A stretch of 64,000 bases of DNA from Alphaproteobacteria bacterium (GCA_965220825.1 OZ244839.1:3013280-3077279); one strand, 5' to 3'. Shown: positions 1 through 9,910, counted from the first letter of the stretch. Numbers and translations: made by a program. The notes: generated by a model from the letters alone, not told the origin.

Positions 1-308
1 GGGTCGTGGATGGCCGGCAGGGTCTGGCTCAGCACCACATAGTCGAAGGCCGCGTCCGGGTAGTCGGCGAGGTCCGTGTCCGCATCGCCCTGGATGACCG
101 AAAGGCCGCGCCGTACGGAGGCGTTCACCCCCTCCTGGCCGATCTCGATGCCGCGCCCCTCCACCGCCTTCTCGCGGGCCAGCAGCTCCAGCAGCGCGCC
201 GTCGCCGCAGCCGACGTCGAGAAGCCTGGAGCGGGGCTCCACCATCTCGGCGATAAGGCGATGGTCGGGGCGGGCGCCGTCGCCTGGCGCCCTGCGGCGG
301 GCCGCCAT
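1..308 (-). CDS. metW: Methionine biosynthesis protein MetW (SAM-dependent methyltransferase-like). 5' part only; the gene continues beyond the window start.
   Basis: Reverse translation gives [58 protein letters not shown]..., containing the methyltransferase glycine motif LDVGCGDGALL typical of MetW. The ATG overlaps the metX stop (ATGA), which is the conserved metX-metW coupling. Confidence 0.6.
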   Translation of the reverse strand, partial: MAARRRAPGDGARPDHRLIAEMVEPRSRLLDVGCGDGALLELLAREKAVEGRGIEIGQEGVNASVRRGLSVIQGDADTDLADYPDAAFDYVVLSQTLPAIHD

Positions 309-1465
309 CAGCAGGGGAGCCCGCGCTTTTCGGCCGCGCCGGTGAGGAAGCCGCGCAGCGTCTCGAACATGTCGGGCTCGTCCAGCAGGAAGGCGTCGTG
401 GCCCTTGTCACTCACGACCTCGACGAAGCTCACATTGGCGGCGACGGCCGCCAGCGCCCGCACGACCGCCCGGTTCTCCGCCGTGGGATAGAGCCAGTCG
501 CTGGTGAACGAGATCACGCAGAAGCGCGAGCCGCAGCCCCGGAAGGCATTGGCCAGCACCCCGCCATGCTCCGCCGCCAGGTCGAAATAGTCCATCGCCC
601 GGGTGATGTAGAGATAGGAGTTGGCGTCGAAGCGTTCCACGAAGCTCCGCCCCTGGTGGCGCAGGTAGCTTTCCACCTGGAAGTCGGCGTCGAAGCCGTA
701 GGTGATGCTGGAGCGGTCCTGCAGGGAGCGGCCGAACTTGGTGTGCAGCGCGGGCTCCGAGAGATAGGTGATGTGGGCCGCCATGCGCGCCACCGCAAGG
801 CCGCGAACGGGGTTGGCTCCATGTTCGAGATAGCGCCCCTCGCGCCATTCCGGATCCGCCATGATCGCCTGGCGGCCCACCTCGTGGAAGGCGATGTTCT
901 GCGCGGACTGCCTGGCCGCACAGGCGATGGGTACCGCCGAAAAGCAGCGGTCGGGAAAGCTCGCGGCCCACTGCAGCACCTGCATGCCCCCCATGGAGCC
1001 GCCGGCGACGCAAAAGAGCTGTTCGATGCCGAGACTGTCGATCAGCATGGCCTGGGCCTTGACCATGTCGCGGATGGTGATGACCGGGAAGTCGAGGCCG
1101 TAAGCCCGCCCGGTTTCGGGGTTGGTCTCCTTGGGACCCACCGTTCCCATGCAGCCGCCCAGCACATTGGCGCAGATCACGAAATAACGGTCGGTGTCGA
1201 AGGGCCTGCCGGGGCCAACCATCAGCTCCCACCAGCCGGGCCTGCCGCTGACCGGATGGGGGCCGAGGACGAACTGGTCGCCGGTCAGTGCGTGGCACAG
1301 CAGCACGGCGTTGGAGCGCGCCGCGTTGAGCGTGCCGTAGGTCCGATAGGCGACCGTGAACGGCCCGAGCGTCACGCCGCAGTCGAGTTCGAGCGGAACC
1401 GTTCCGCCCAGTTCCACCCGGTGGTCGGACCCCTCGCCGGCCGCCGCCGTTGCGCTTACCTGCAT
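308..1465 (-). CDS. metX: Homoserine O-acetyltransferase.
   Basis: 385-aa ORF with alpha/beta-hydrolase MetX signatures (…[16 protein letters not shown]…); ATG at 1463-1465 on the minus strand. It lies upstream of metW, and metY is nearby. Confidence 0.9.
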   Translation of the reverse strand: MQVSATAAAGEGSDHRVELGGTVPLELDCGVTLGPFTVAYRTYGTLNAARSNAVLLCHALTGDQFVLGPHPVSGRPGWWELMVGPGRPFDTDRYFVICANVLGGCMGTVGPKETNPETGRAYGLDFPVITIRDMVKAQAMLIDSLGIEQLFCVAGGSMGGMQVLQWAASFPDRCFSAVPIACAARQSAQNIAFHEVGRQAIMADPEWREGRYLEHGANPVRGLAVARMAAHITYLSEPALHTKFGRSLQDRSSITYGFDADFQVESYLRHQGRSFVERFDANSYLYITRAMDYFDLAAEHGGVLANAFRGCGSRFCVISFTSDWLYPTAENRAVVRALAAVAANVSFVEVVSDKGHDAFLLDEPDMFETLRGFLTGAAEKRGLPC

Positions 1466-1498
1466 GGAAGCAATGGTAGCACCGCCGTGGTGTCTTTT

Positions 1499-1561
1499 TT
1501 AGGTGCGCGGCTCTCCCGGCCCGCATGTTTCGTTGCCACCGCCGGAGAAGGGCCCCGGAGC
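1499..1561. repeat. Degenerate copy of the palindromic REP/MITE-like element (copy 1), inside the metX 5' leader.
   Basis: AGGTGCGCGGCTCTCCCGGCCCGCATGTTT matches the left arm of the copies at 8014 and 17455 with 2 mismatches. The right arm is decayed. It is preceded by a TTTTTT run. Confidence 0.4.
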
Positions 1562-1777
1562 CCTTCTTGGCTTGGACGCCTTCCAAATCCGGATAGATCG
1601 CCTGTTACGGACAAAAGGCGACGTTCCCTTTGATTTTTCGCACCTCATGGACTAGAGCGGTGCCCGTCCGAACGCCTGCGCACGGGCTTCGGCTCTCCGC
1701 CGGCCCATACCGGGAGCGCCGCCTTCGGAGAGGGGTCTGCTCCCGCACCGCCATCTCTTTCACGGTTCGAACGCACG

Positions 1778-2674
1778 ATGAACGAACGCTCGTCTACGGA
1801 TCCGCCGCTCGGCGCCTTGCGCGAAGAGATCGACGCGCTCGACCGGGCGATTCATGATCTTCTGATGCGCCGGATGGATGCCGCCGTCCGGGTCAGCGAG
1901 GCGAAGCGCGCCGCCGGCGTTTCCGGCACGCTGTTTCGCCCGGCGCGCGAAGCGGCCGTGTTGCGGCGCCTCGAAGCGCGCCACGAAGGTCCGTTCCCGT
2001 TTTCGGTGGTGGCGCGAATCTGGTGCGAGATCATGTCGGCCACCCTCACGGCGGAGGGGAGCTTCTCGGTCTCGGCGTTTACGCCCGAGGACACAATGGA
2101 GGGCCGCCGCTTCGCGGAGCTCGCGCGGGCCCATTTCGGTGCGCGAACCCCCATGGCCCAGACCCGTACCGAGAGCGGGGTGCTCCGGGCGGTCCGGGAC
2201 GGCAAGGTCTCTGTCGGCGTGCTGCCTCTGCCGGTGGATTCGCTCGGCGGCGACGCCGGCGTGAGCGCGGATCCCTGGTGGTTGACGCTGGCGGTGGGCG
2301 GCGATGCGCGGCCGGCGATCATCTCGCACCTGCCCTGGGTGGGCGAGGGCGCGCCGGTGGCGCTGGTGGTCGCCAATATTCCGCCGGAGCCCTCCGGCGA
2401 CGACATGTCGTTCCTGGCGCTTGAATCGACCGATTCGATCAGCCGTGACAGCATTCGTGCGGCATTCGCTGCGGTGGGGCTGGAAATGGCCCGCGGCATC
2501 GCCTGGCAGGGCCAGAGCGGTTCCGACGGCCGCTGGCAACTGATCGAGACCGCGGGCTTCGTCGCGGAGGGCGATTCGCGGCTCCAGGCGTTCGAGGAGC
2601 ATATGGGCGACGTCATCCTGCGTATCGTGCCGCTGGGCTGCCATCCCGTACCCCGCGCGACGCGGACGGACTGA
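1778..2674 (+). CDS. Chorismate mutase family protein (N-terminal AroQ-type CM domain; C-terminal domain of unknown function).
   Basis: N-terminus LGALREEIDALDRAIHDLLMRRMDAAVRVSEAKR is the AroQ chorismate-mutase helix motif. The gene sits immediately upstream of hisC-tyrC, as in many alphaproteobacteria. Confidence 0.7.
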   Translation: MNERSSTDPPLGALREEIDALDRAIHDLLMRRMDAAVRVSEAKRAAGVSGTLFRPAREAAVLRRLEARHEGPFPFSVVARIWCEIMSATLTAEGSFSVSAFTPEDTMEGRRFAELARAHFGARTPMAQTRTESGVLRAVRDGKVSVGVLPLPVDSLGGDAGVSADPWWLTLAVGGDARPAIISHLPWVGEGAPVALVVANIPPEPSGDDMSFLALESTDSISRDSIRAAFAAVGLEMARGIAWQGQSGSDGRWQLIETAGFVAEGDSRLQAFEEHMGDVILRIVPLGCHPVPRATRTD

Positions 2675-2691
2675 CGACGGCCGGTGAGACG

Positions 2692-3804
2692 ATGACGGCG
2701 CAGCCGGAGCCCCGCGCAGGCATCATGGAGATCACCCCCTATGTGGGGGGACGGTCCTCGGCGGAGGGGCATGCCAACGTTATCAAGCTTTCGTCCAACG
2801 AAGGCGCGCTGGGGCCGAGCCCGGCGGCGCAGGCCGCCTATCGCGACCACGCGGCGCTCCTCCATCGCTACCCGGATGGCGGCGCCTCCGCCCTGCGCGC
2901 GGCACTCGGCGAACGGCATGGGATCGACCCGGCGCGGATCGTCTGCGGCAACGGCTCGGACGAATTGCTCCAGCTCCTTGCCCGGGCCTATGCGGGGCCG
3001 GGCGACGAGATCGTCTATTCGCGTCACGGGTTTCTCGTCTATCCCCTGGCGGCGCTCGCCGCCGGCGCCCGGCCGGTGGCCGCGCCGGAGACCGACTTCA
3101 CGGCCGATCCCGATGCTCTGCTCGCCTGCGTCACGGAGCGGACTCGCATCCTCTTCCTCGCCAACCCCAACAACCCGACCGGCACCTATGTCTCGCGGGC
3201 CGCGTTGCGCCGGCTCTGGAGCCGGTTGCCCGAGAACGTTCTGCTGGTGCTGGACGCGGCCTATGCGGAGTTCGTCTCCGCGCCCGATTACGATTCCGGC
3301 TTCGAGCTTGCGGAGATGGGGCGCAATGTGGTGACGACCCGTACCTTCTCCAAGATTTACGGGCTGGCGGCGCTGCGCCTCGGCTGGGCCTATGGCGCAC
3401 CCGCCGTGATCGACGTCCTGAACCGCGTCCGCGGCCCCTTCAACGCCAACGGTGCGGCGCTCGCCGCGGCACTCGCCGCGCTGGACGATACGGAACATGT
3501 GCTGCGCGCGCGCGAGCACGCCGATGCGGGCCGGGCGGCGTTCGCGGCGCAGATGCGGGCTCTCGGCCTCGCGGTCGTGCCGAGCGTCTGCAATTTCGTT
3601 CTGCTGGGCTTTCCGGCCGAGCCCGGGAGGGATGCGGCGGCGGCCGAGCGCTTTCTCGCGGAACGCGGCATCCTGGTCCGCGACATGAAAGCCTACGGCC
3701 TGCCGGGCCACCTTCGCGTCACCGTGGGCCTCGAGACGGAGATGGCGGCCGCGGGAAGTGCGCTCGAGGATTTCGCGGCGGCAGCACCGGGCGGTGGACC
3801 ATGA
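2692..3804 (+). CDS. hisC: Histidinol-phosphate aminotransferase.
   Basis: 370 aa, class-II aminotransferase fold; the PLP-lysine region …TFSKIYGLAALRLGWAY… is the typical HisC signature; 4-bp overlap with the downstream tyrC. Confidence 0.9.
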   Translation: MTAQPEPRAGIMEITPYVGGRSSAEGHANVIKLSSNEGALGPSPAAQAAYRDHAALLHRYPDGGASALRAALGERHGIDPARIVCGNGSDELLQLLARAYAGPGDEIVYSRHGFLVYPLAALAAGARPVAAPETDFTADPDALLACVTERTRILFLANPNNPTGTYVSRAALRRLWSRLPENVLLVLDAAYAEFVSAPDYDSGFELAEMGRNVVTTRTFSKIYGLAALRLGWAYGAPAVIDVLNRVRGPFNANGAALAAALAALDDTEHVLRAREHADAGRAAFAAQMRALGLAVVPSVCNFVLLGFPAEPGRDAAAAERFLAERGILVRDMKAYGLPGHLRVTVGLETEMAAAGSALEDFAAAAPGGGP

Positions 3805-4688
3805 GCGGCGAACGACCCTTCTCCCGGGTCGCCCTGATAGGGCTCGGGCTGATCAACTCCTCTCTCGCACGGGTCCTGAGGAAGGCGGAACACGAGCCGG
3901 AGATCATAGGCTGCGCCCGCACCCCGGCGACACGGCAAAAGGCGTCCGAGCTCGGCCTGGTGGACCGCGTGACGGACGATGCGGCCGAGGCGGTGACGGG
4001 CGCCGATCTGGTCGTGCTGGGGACTCCCGTCGGGACCTTCGGAGCACTCGCGGCCCATTTCGGGCCCTCTCTCGCCCCGGGTGCCGTCGTTACCGATGTC
4101 GGGTCGGTGAAGAGCGCGGCGATCGAGGCGGTGACGCCCCATCTGCCGGAGGGCGTGCATTTCGTCCCCGGCCATCCGGTGGCGGGCACCGAGCATTCCG
4201 GGCCGGAGGCGGGCTTCGCCGAGATTTTCGACGGGCGCTGGTGCATTCTCACGCCCGAGCCGGACACGGACCCTCAAGCGGTTGAACGGATCGCCGCGCT
4301 CTGGCGCGGTGCGGGCATGACGGTGGAATCGATGGACGCCCGCCACCATGATGCGGTGCTCGCCATCACCTCCCACCTGCCGCATCTGATCGCCTACAAT
4401 ATCGTCGGTACGGTCGCCGATCTCGAGGAGGAGACCAAGCGGGAGGTGGTGAAATATGCGGCCGGCGGGTTCCGGGATTTCACCCGTATCGCCGCGTCGG
4501 ACCCGGTCATGTGGCGGGACGTCTTTCTCAACAACCGGGCGGCCGTGCTGGAGATGCTCGGTCGCTTCGACGAGGATCTGACGGCGCTCAAGCGGGCGAT
4601 CCGGCGGGGCGACGGCGCCTATCTGGAAGCCCTCTTTACGCGGACCCGCGCGATCCGACGCGGCGTCATCGAGGCGAAGCAGGCCTGA
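3801..4688 (+). CDS. tyrC: Prephenate/arogenate dehydrogenase.
   Basis: N-terminal Rossmann motif VALIGLGLINSSLA; TyrA-family core (…HPVAGTEHSGPEAG…); translationally coupled to hisC. Confidence 0.85.
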   Translation: MSGERPFSRVALIGLGLINSSLARVLRKAEHEPEIIGCARTPATRQKASELGLVDRVTDDAAEAVTGADLVVLGTPVGTFGALAAHFGPSLAPGAVVTDVGSVKSAAIEAVTPHLPEGVHFVPGHPVAGTEHSGPEAGFAEIFDGRWCILTPEPDTDPQAVERIAALWRGAGMTVESMDARHHDAVLAITSHLPHLIAYNIVGTVADLEEETKREVVKYAAGGFRDFTRIAASDPVMWRDVFLNNRAAVLEMLGRFDEDLTALKRAIRRGDGAYLEALFTRTRAIRRGVIEAKQA

Positions 4689-4737
4689 CGCCGCCCCGGG
4701 GACTCCCGCGTTCGTGGACCGCAAAGGGGAGGGCGGC

Positions 4738-6108
4738 ATGTCCAGGGTACTCGGCGCCTCCGGCGAGACGGAGAAATATCTCAACCGCTTCATGGCGGGC
4801 GTCGAGAAGCGCAATCCCGGCGAGCCCGAATTCATCCAGGCGGTTCGCGAGGTCGCTTCCTCCGTCTTTCCCTATATCGCGGACAAGCCGCGCTATCACG
4901 AGATGCAGATTCTCGAGCGCATGGCGGAGCCGGACCGGGCGATCTTCTTCCGCGTGCCCTGGACGGACGACGAGGGGAACATCCGCAACAACCGGGGCTA
5001 CCGCGTGCAGTTCAACGGCGCGATCGGCCCCTACAAGGGCGGTATCCGCTTCCACCCCTCGGTCAATCTCAGCATCATGAAGTTTCTGGGCTTCGAGCAG
5101 ACCTTCAAGAACAGCCTCACCGGCCTACCCATGGGCGGCGGCAAGGGCGGCGCCAACTTCAACCCCAAGGGCAAGTCCGCGAACGAGGTCATGCGCTTCT
5201 GCCAGTCCTTCATCACCGAACTCCACCGGCATATCGGCGAAAACACGGACGTCCCGGCGGGCGATGTGGGGGTCGGCGAGCGCGAGATCGGCTTCATGTT
5301 CGGCCAGTACAGGCGGATCACCAACCGCTTCGTGGGCGTTCTCACGGGCAAGGGGCTTGCCTTCGGCGGGAGCCGGATGCGCACGGAGGCGACGGGCTAT
5401 GGCTGCGCCTACTTCATGGAGAACATGCTGAATCACGCGGGCGAGGGGATGCGGGGCAAGCGCTGCGCCATATCCGGCTCCGGCAATGTCGCGATCCATT
5501 GCGCCGAAAAAATTTTCCAGCTCGGGGGCACGCCGGTCACGCTCTCGGATTCCGGCGGCTTCATCCATGAGCCCCGCGGCTTCGACGACAAGGACCTCGA
5601 CTGGATCAAGGAGCTCAAGACCGTGCGCCGGGGCCGCATCGCGGACTATGCGGAGCGCTCCAAGACCGCGTCCTTCCATGAAGGGCGGCCCTGGGGCGTG
5701 CCCTGCGATCTCGCATTTCCCTGTGCCACCCAGAACGAACTGAGCGCCGAGGAGGGAAAGACCTTGATCGCGAACGGCGTGAAGGCCGTCTGCGAGGGCG
5801 CGAACATGCCCTGCGAGGAAGGCGCGGTCGAGGCCTTCATTCGGCACCGCATCCCCTTCGGGCCGGCGAAGGCCGCGAATGCCGGCGGCGTCGGCGTCTC
5901 AGGTCTCGAGATGAGCCAGAACAGCGCCCGTTACGCCTGGACCGACGAGACGGTTCACAACCATCTCACCGCCATGATGCGGAATATCCACGAATCCTGC
6001 GTCTCTTACGGAACGGACGATACGGGCTATGTGAACTATCTGAAGGGCGCCAATGTCGCGGGCTTCGTCAAGGTTGCGGACGCCATGCTGGCCTTCGGTC
6101 ACGTCTGA
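4738..6108 (+). CDS. gdhA: NADP-specific glutamate dehydrogenase.
   Basis: GDH signatures ([42 protein letters not shown]), collinear with E. coli GdhA. Start chosen at MSRVLG by alignment to the GdhA N-terminus; an alternative ATG lies at 4714. Confidence 0.9.
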   Translation: MSRVLGASGETEKYLNRFMAGVEKRNPGEPEFIQAVREVASSVFPYIADKPRYHEMQILERMAEPDRAIFFRVPWTDDEGNIRNNRGYRVQFNGAIGPYKGGIRFHPSVNLSIMKFLGFEQTFKNSLTGLPMGGGKGGANFNPKGKSANEVMRFCQSFITELHRHIGENTDVPAGDVGVGEREIGFMFGQYRRITNRFVGVLTGKGLAFGGSRMRTEATGYGCAYFMENMLNHAGEGMRGKRCAISGSGNVAIHCAEKIFQLGGTPVTLSDSGGFIHEPRGFDDKDLDWIKELKTVRRGRIADYAERSKTASFHEGRPWGVPCDLAFPCATQNELSAEEGKTLIANGVKAVCEGANMPCEEGAVEAFIRHRIPFGPAKAANAGGVGVSGLEMSQNSARYAWTDETVHNHLTAMMRNIHESCVSYGTDDTGYVNYLKGANVAGFVKVADAMLAFGHV

Positions 6109-6563
6109 CCGGTTCCGGTGGAGCCCAGGCCGCGCGCGCCGCGTTCGCTCTCGGGCAGCGCCGGGCATTCCGCGAGGCGGGCGCGTGCCGTCGGGGCCAC
6201 CACGAGCTGTGCGATCCGCGCGCCCCGCTCCACGGTGAAGGGCTGCTCGCCCAGATTGATCAGAAGGACGAAGAGTTCGCCCCGATAATCGGAATCGATC
6301 GTGCCCGGGCTGTTGAGCACGGTGACCCCGTGGGCGAGCGCGAGGCCGGAGCGCGGCCTGATCTGGGCCTCGTAGCCCGCCGGCAGCGCAAGCGCCAAGC
6401 CGGTCGGGATTTTCGCCCGCGCCAGCGGCGCGAGGCTGAGCGGCCCCGCGGCGGCGGGGAGGTCGAGGCCCGCGCTCCCGGCGGTCGCATAGGCCGGAAG
6501 CCGTAGATCCCGCCCGTGGGGGAGGCGCAGCAGCGGGACGGAAACCGGCGCCGGCGGGTTCAT
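6099..6563 (-). CDS. dut: dUTP diphosphatase.
   Basis: 154 aa; dUTPase motifs ([24 protein letters not shown]). Start MNPPAPVS chosen inside the longer ORF because the coaBC stop abuts it (the conserved dfp-dut order). Confidence 0.85.
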   Translation of the reverse strand: MNPPAPVSVPLLRLPHGRDLRLPAYATAGSAGLDLPAAAGPLSLAPLARAKIPTGLALALPAGYEAQIRPRSGLALAHGVTVLNSPGTIDSDYRGELFVLLINLGEQPFTVERGARIAQLVVAPTARARLAECPALPESERGARGLGSTGTGQT

Positions 6564-7810
6564 TCGCCCTCGGCCCCGGTTCCCAAGGTTCGGGCGACGC
6601 GTGCCGCCAGGCGTTCGGCCACCCGGGCCTTGCTCATGGCGGGCCAGGGCTCGTCGATGGGAGCCCCCGCCTCGCCGGTTCGTGCGAACAGGTGGATCCG
6701 GTTCTCGTCGCCGCCGAAGGTGCCGTCGTCCGGGCGCACCCGGTTGGCGAGGATCCAGTCGCACCCCTTGGCTGCGAGTTTGCGAGCGGCGTTCTCTGCG
6801 AGGTTCTCGGTCTCGGCGGCGAAGCCGATCACGAGGCGCGGGCGGTGTTCGCCGGGCGCGCTGAGCCGGGCGAGGATATCCGGGTTCCGGGCGAGGGCGA
6901 CGGAGGGTGCGCCGTCTTCGCGGGCGGCCATGGCGTCCGTCTTGAGCTTTTGCGCAGCGGTTTCGGCCGCGCGCCAGTCGGCGACGGCGGCTGCGCAGAC
7001 CGCGACATCCACCGGCAGGCCGCGCTCGCAGGCGGCCAGCATCTCTCGCGCGGTCTCCACGCGGACGGTCTCCACTCCCGCCGGCGGTGGCAGGGCGGTG
7101 GGGCCGGAGACCAGGAGGACCTGCGCACCGGCATCGGCGAAGGCCGCGGCGATGGCGTGCCCCTGCTTGCCCGAGGAGCGGTTGCCGAGAAAGCGCACCG
7201 GATCGATGGGCTCATAGGTGGGGCCGCTGGTGATGAGCGCCCGCACGCCCGCGAGCGGCCTTTCGACCCCGAGGCAGCTGGCGGCCGCCGCCAGAATCTC
7301 CCATGGCTCCGCCATCCGGCCCGGCCCGCTTTCGCCCTCCGCCAGCGGGCCGTCGCCCGGCCCCACGAAGCGCACGCCGTCGGCTGCAAGGCGTTCGCGG
7401 TTGCGCACCGTGGCCGGGTGCCGCCACATCCGCGTGTTCATGGCCGGCGCGGCGAGCACGGGCTTATCGGTCGCAAGCAGCGCGGCGGTCGCGAGATCGT
7501 CCGCAATACCGTGGGACATCTTGGCCAGAATATCGGCAGTGGCCGGCGCGACGATCACCAGATCCGTATCCCGCCCGAGCTGGATATGGCCGATCTCGCA
7601 CGCATCCGTCGGCGCGAAGAGGTCGGTAAAGACCTCTTCGCCCGCGAGCGTCGAGACGGAGAGCGGCGTCACGAACTCCGCGCCGGCGCGGGTCAGGATG
7701 CAGCGCACATGGACGCCCGCCTCCCGGAGCCTGCGGATCAGGTCCAGGCATTTATAGGCCGCGATACCGCCCGTGATCACGAGCAGCGCGCGCTTCCCGC
7801 GGAGGCTCAT
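6560..7810 (-). CDS. coaBC: Bifunctional phosphopantothenoylcysteine decarboxylase / phosphopantothenate-cysteine ligase.
   Basis: 416 aa; N-terminal flavoprotein motif [13 protein letters not shown]-terminal CoaB domain; classic coaBC-dut pairing. Confidence 0.9.
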   Translation of the reverse strand: MSLRGKRALLVITGGIAAYKCLDLIRRLREAGVHVRCILTRAGAEFVTPLSVSTLAGEEVFTDLFAPTDACEIGHIQLGRDTDLVIVAPATADILAKMSHGIADDLATAALLATDKPVLAAPAMNTRMWRHPATVRNRERLAADGVRFVGPGDGPLAEGESGPGRMAEPWEILAAAASCLGVERPLAGVRALITSGPTYEPIDPVRFLGNRSSGKQGHAIAAAFADAGAQVLLVSGPTALPPPAGVETVRVETAREMLAACERGLPVDVAVCAAAVADWRAAETAAQKLKTDAMAAREDGAPSVALARNPDILARLSAPGEHRPRLVIGFAAETENLAENAARKLAAKGCDWILANRVRPDDGTFGGDENRIHLFARTGEAGAPIDEPWPAMSKARVAERLAARVARTLGTGAEGE

Positions 7811-8013
7811 CGGATGCCGTTCTCCCTGCGCCGCCGCCGGACTCTAATGCGGTTCCCCTTCCGATAGAACCGTTTGTCCGCCTTCAGGACCTTTGAGACG
7901 CTGGGGCTTCTTCGGCCGTCAGGTTGGCAAGCCATTCGGCCGGGGTTTGTCCGCCAAGGGCCTGGTCGGGTCTGATGGTAGCGAACGCGTCGGCCAAGGC
8001 GTCGACCTTTTTT

Positions 8014-8086
8014 GGTGCGCGGGTCTCCAGGCCCGCATTTTTCTTCTTCTCGAAAAACAAAAACATGCGGGCCTGGAGACCCGCGA
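8014..8086. repeat. Palindromic REP/MITE-like element (copy 2): 20-bp GC-rich arms around a 27-nt asymmetric loop.
   Basis: GCGGGTCTCCAGGCCCGCAT-(27 nt)-ATGCGGGCCTGGAGACCCGC, a perfect 20-bp inverted repeat. The loop is the reverse complement of the loop of copy 3 at 17455, so the two copies are in opposite orientation. Confidence 0.65.
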
Positions 8087-8100
8087 ACCGAACCTGTCAT

Positions 8101-8150
8101 GGGGTCTCCGAAGTTGTTGATGTGTCCACCGACCGCTTCGGAGATCCCCA
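8101..8150. repeat. Second strong hairpin (13-bp stem, 23-nt loop) immediately beside REP copy 2, in the coaBC/acyl-CoA-ligase divergent spacer.
   Basis: GGGGTCTCCGAAG…CTTCGGAGATCCCC seen directly in the sequence. Confidence 0.4.
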
Positions 8151-8284
8151 ACCCCGTTTCAAGAGCCACGTCTCATGCCTGTCTGATCGTGCACAGCCGA
8201 TCGGCGATTGAAGGACGGGGCGGCGTTGGCCATCATTCGCAATCCGGAACATCGGTGGAACCGGGATTACCGGTGGAGGCGCCC

Positions 8285-9910
8285 ATGGATGCCACGATGA
8301 TGGACTACCCGCTCACCCTCACCCACGTGCTGGAGAGGATGGGCGGCCCGCTGCGCGACAGCGAGATCGCCACCCGCCTGCCGGACAAGTCGATCCATCG
8401 CTACCGCTTCGGCGATTTGCATCTGCGCGCTCGCAGGCTCGCCTCCGCTCTTGCCCGTGCCGGGCTGAAGCGCGGCGAGGCGGTCGCCACCATGATGTGG
8501 AACAACTACCCGCATTACGAAGCCTATCTCGGAGTGCCCTGCGCGGGCGGGGTGCTGCATACGCTCAACTTCCGCCTCCATCCGGACGACCTCGTCCATA
8601 TCGCGAACCACGCCGAAGACCGTTTCGTGCTGGTGGACGATGTGCTGCTGCCGCTTTTCGAGAAGGTCCGGCCCCGGATCGGCGCGGAGCGGGTCTTCGT
8701 ATCGGCGCTCTCCGGCGCGCCCATAGCGGAGGGCTATGAGAGCTACGAGGCGCTGCTGGAGACGGGCGATCCCGACGACGACCTGCCGGCGCTGGAAGAG
8801 ACCGAGCCTTGCGGCATCTGCTACACCTCCGGCACCACCGGGCGGCCCAAGGGCGTGGTCTATTCCCACCGCGCCATGGTGCTGCACACCCTGGTGGAGT
8901 GCATGACGGAGCCGTTCGGCATCGCCCGCCGTGACAGCGTCATGCCGGTGGTGCCGATGTTCCACGCCAATGGCTGGGGCCTGCCCTATGCGGTGGCGCT
9001 CGCGGGCGCGCGCTGCGTCCTCCCCGGCCCCCATCTGGACCCGGTGAGCCTGCTCGATCTCTGTGCGGCGGAGCGGGTGACGCTCGCCGCCGGCGTGCCG
9101 ACCATCTGGAACGGCATCCTCCAGGCGCTGGATGCGGAGCCCGGGCGCTGGGCGCTGGACCCGGCCTTCCGCACCGTGGTGGGCGGCTCGGCCGCGGGAG
9201 AAGCCATGATCCGGGGCTTCGACCGGCACGGTATCGAGACCATCCACGCCTGGGGCATGACGGAGATGACCCCCATCGGCACGGCATCCACGGCGGATGC
9301 GGCGGCCCGCGTCGATGCCGACCCGGACGCCCGCTACCGCCGCCGCGCCCGCCAGGGCCCGGCCGTGCCCTTCGTCGAGCTGCGCCTGGTGAACGATGCC
9401 GGCCCCGCGCCCTGGGACGGTGAGACAATGGGCGAGCTCCAGGTGCGCGGGCCTTGGGTGGCCGCCCGCTACCGCCCGCCGGCGGACGCCGGCGACCGCT
9501 GGACCGCGGACGGCTGGCTCGTCACCGGCGATATCGCCACCATCGACGCGGAAGGCTTCATGAAGGTCACCGACCGCTCGAAGGACCTGATCAAGTCCGG
9601 CGGCGAGTGGATCAGCTCGGTGGACCTCGAGAACGCGCTGATGGGCCACGCCGCCGTAAAGGAGGCCGCGGTCATCGCCATCCCCGACGAGAAGTGGGAC
9701 GAGCGCCCGCTCGCCGTGGTGGTCTGGAAGGAGGGCGCCGCGGCGGACACGGCGGAGCTCACCGCCCACTTGGCCACCCGCTTCGCCAAATGGTGGCTCC
9801 CCAACGCTTACGTCTTCATCGACGAAATCCCCCGCACCTCGACGGGGAAGTTTCTGAAGTCCGCCCTGCGCGAGCGCTATGCCGGCGGGGCGGGGAGTGG
9901 CGAGGGGTGA
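8285..9910 (+). CDS. Long/medium-chain fatty-acid-CoA ligase (AMP-forming acyl-CoA synthetase family).
   Basis: AMP-binding motifs (YTSGTTGRPKGVVYSH; TGDIATIDAEGFMKVTDRSKDLIKSGGEWIS). Start taken at the ATG at 8285 (MDATMMDYPL); the track ORF from 8012 is an upstream artefact that runs through the REP element. Confidence 0.85.
   Translation: MDATMMDYPLTLTHVLERMGGPLRDSEIATRLPDKSIHRYRFGDLHLRARRLASALARAGLKRGEAVATMMWNNYPHYEAYLGVPCAGGVLHTLNFRLHPDDLVHIANHAEDRFVLVDDVLLPLFEKVRPRIGAERVFVSALSGAPIAEGYESYEALLETGDPDDDLPALEETEPCGICYTSGTTGRPKGVVYSHRAMVLHTLVECMTEPFGIARRDSVMPVVPMFHANGWGLPYAVALAGARCVLPGPHLDPVSLLDLCAAERVTLAAGVPTIWNGILQALDAEPGRWALDPAFRTVVGGSAAGEAMIRGFDRHGIETIHAWGMTEMTPIGTASTADAAARVDADPDARYRRRARQGPAVPFVELRLVNDAGPAPWDGETMGELQVRGPWVAARYRPPADAGDRWTADGWLVTGDIATIDAEGFMKVTDRSKDLIKSGGEWISSVDLENALMGHAAVKEAAVIAIPDEKWDERPLAVVVWKEGAAADTAELTAHLATRFAKWWLPNAYVFIDEIPRTSTGKFLKSALRERYAGGAGSGEG

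Noticed and set aside
398-1633. Long ORFs 398..1633(+) and 408..1586(-), 411 and 392 aa, overlapping metX.
   Set aside because: They lie antisense to or out of frame with the well-supported metX gene. Their Arg/Gly/Pro/Ala-rich, low-complexity translations are typical of spurious frames in about 70% GC DNA. No domain signatures.
1540-1640. Direct assignment of a SAM-II riboswitch in the metX leader.
   Set aside because: I could not match the conserved pseudoknot/triplex nucleotides by eye. Kept only as a hypothesis in the findings rather than as a feature.
1852-3711. 619-aa ORF on the minus strand spanning the chorismate-mutase and hisC genes.
   Set aside because: Antisense to two strongly supported genes; composition is Arg/Gly/Pro-biased with no motifs; a high-GC artefact.
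3693-4835. 380-aa minus-strand ORF overlapping tyrC.
   Set aside because: Antisense to tyrC, whose Rossmann and TyrA motifs are clear; no recognisable domain.
7807-8169. ORFs 7807..8169(-), 7893..8120(+), 17375..17689(-) and 17458..17808(+) covering the palindromic repeats.
   Set aside because: They are translations of the REP-like palindromes. Their shared peptide fragments (e.g. EKQKHAGLETR) arise because the same DNA element is read on both strands. They lie in intergenic positions with no SD or start context.
8267-9769. 500-aa minus-strand ORF opposite the acyl-CoA ligase gene.
   Set aside because: Antisense to a gene with clear AMP-binding motifs; low-complexity translation.
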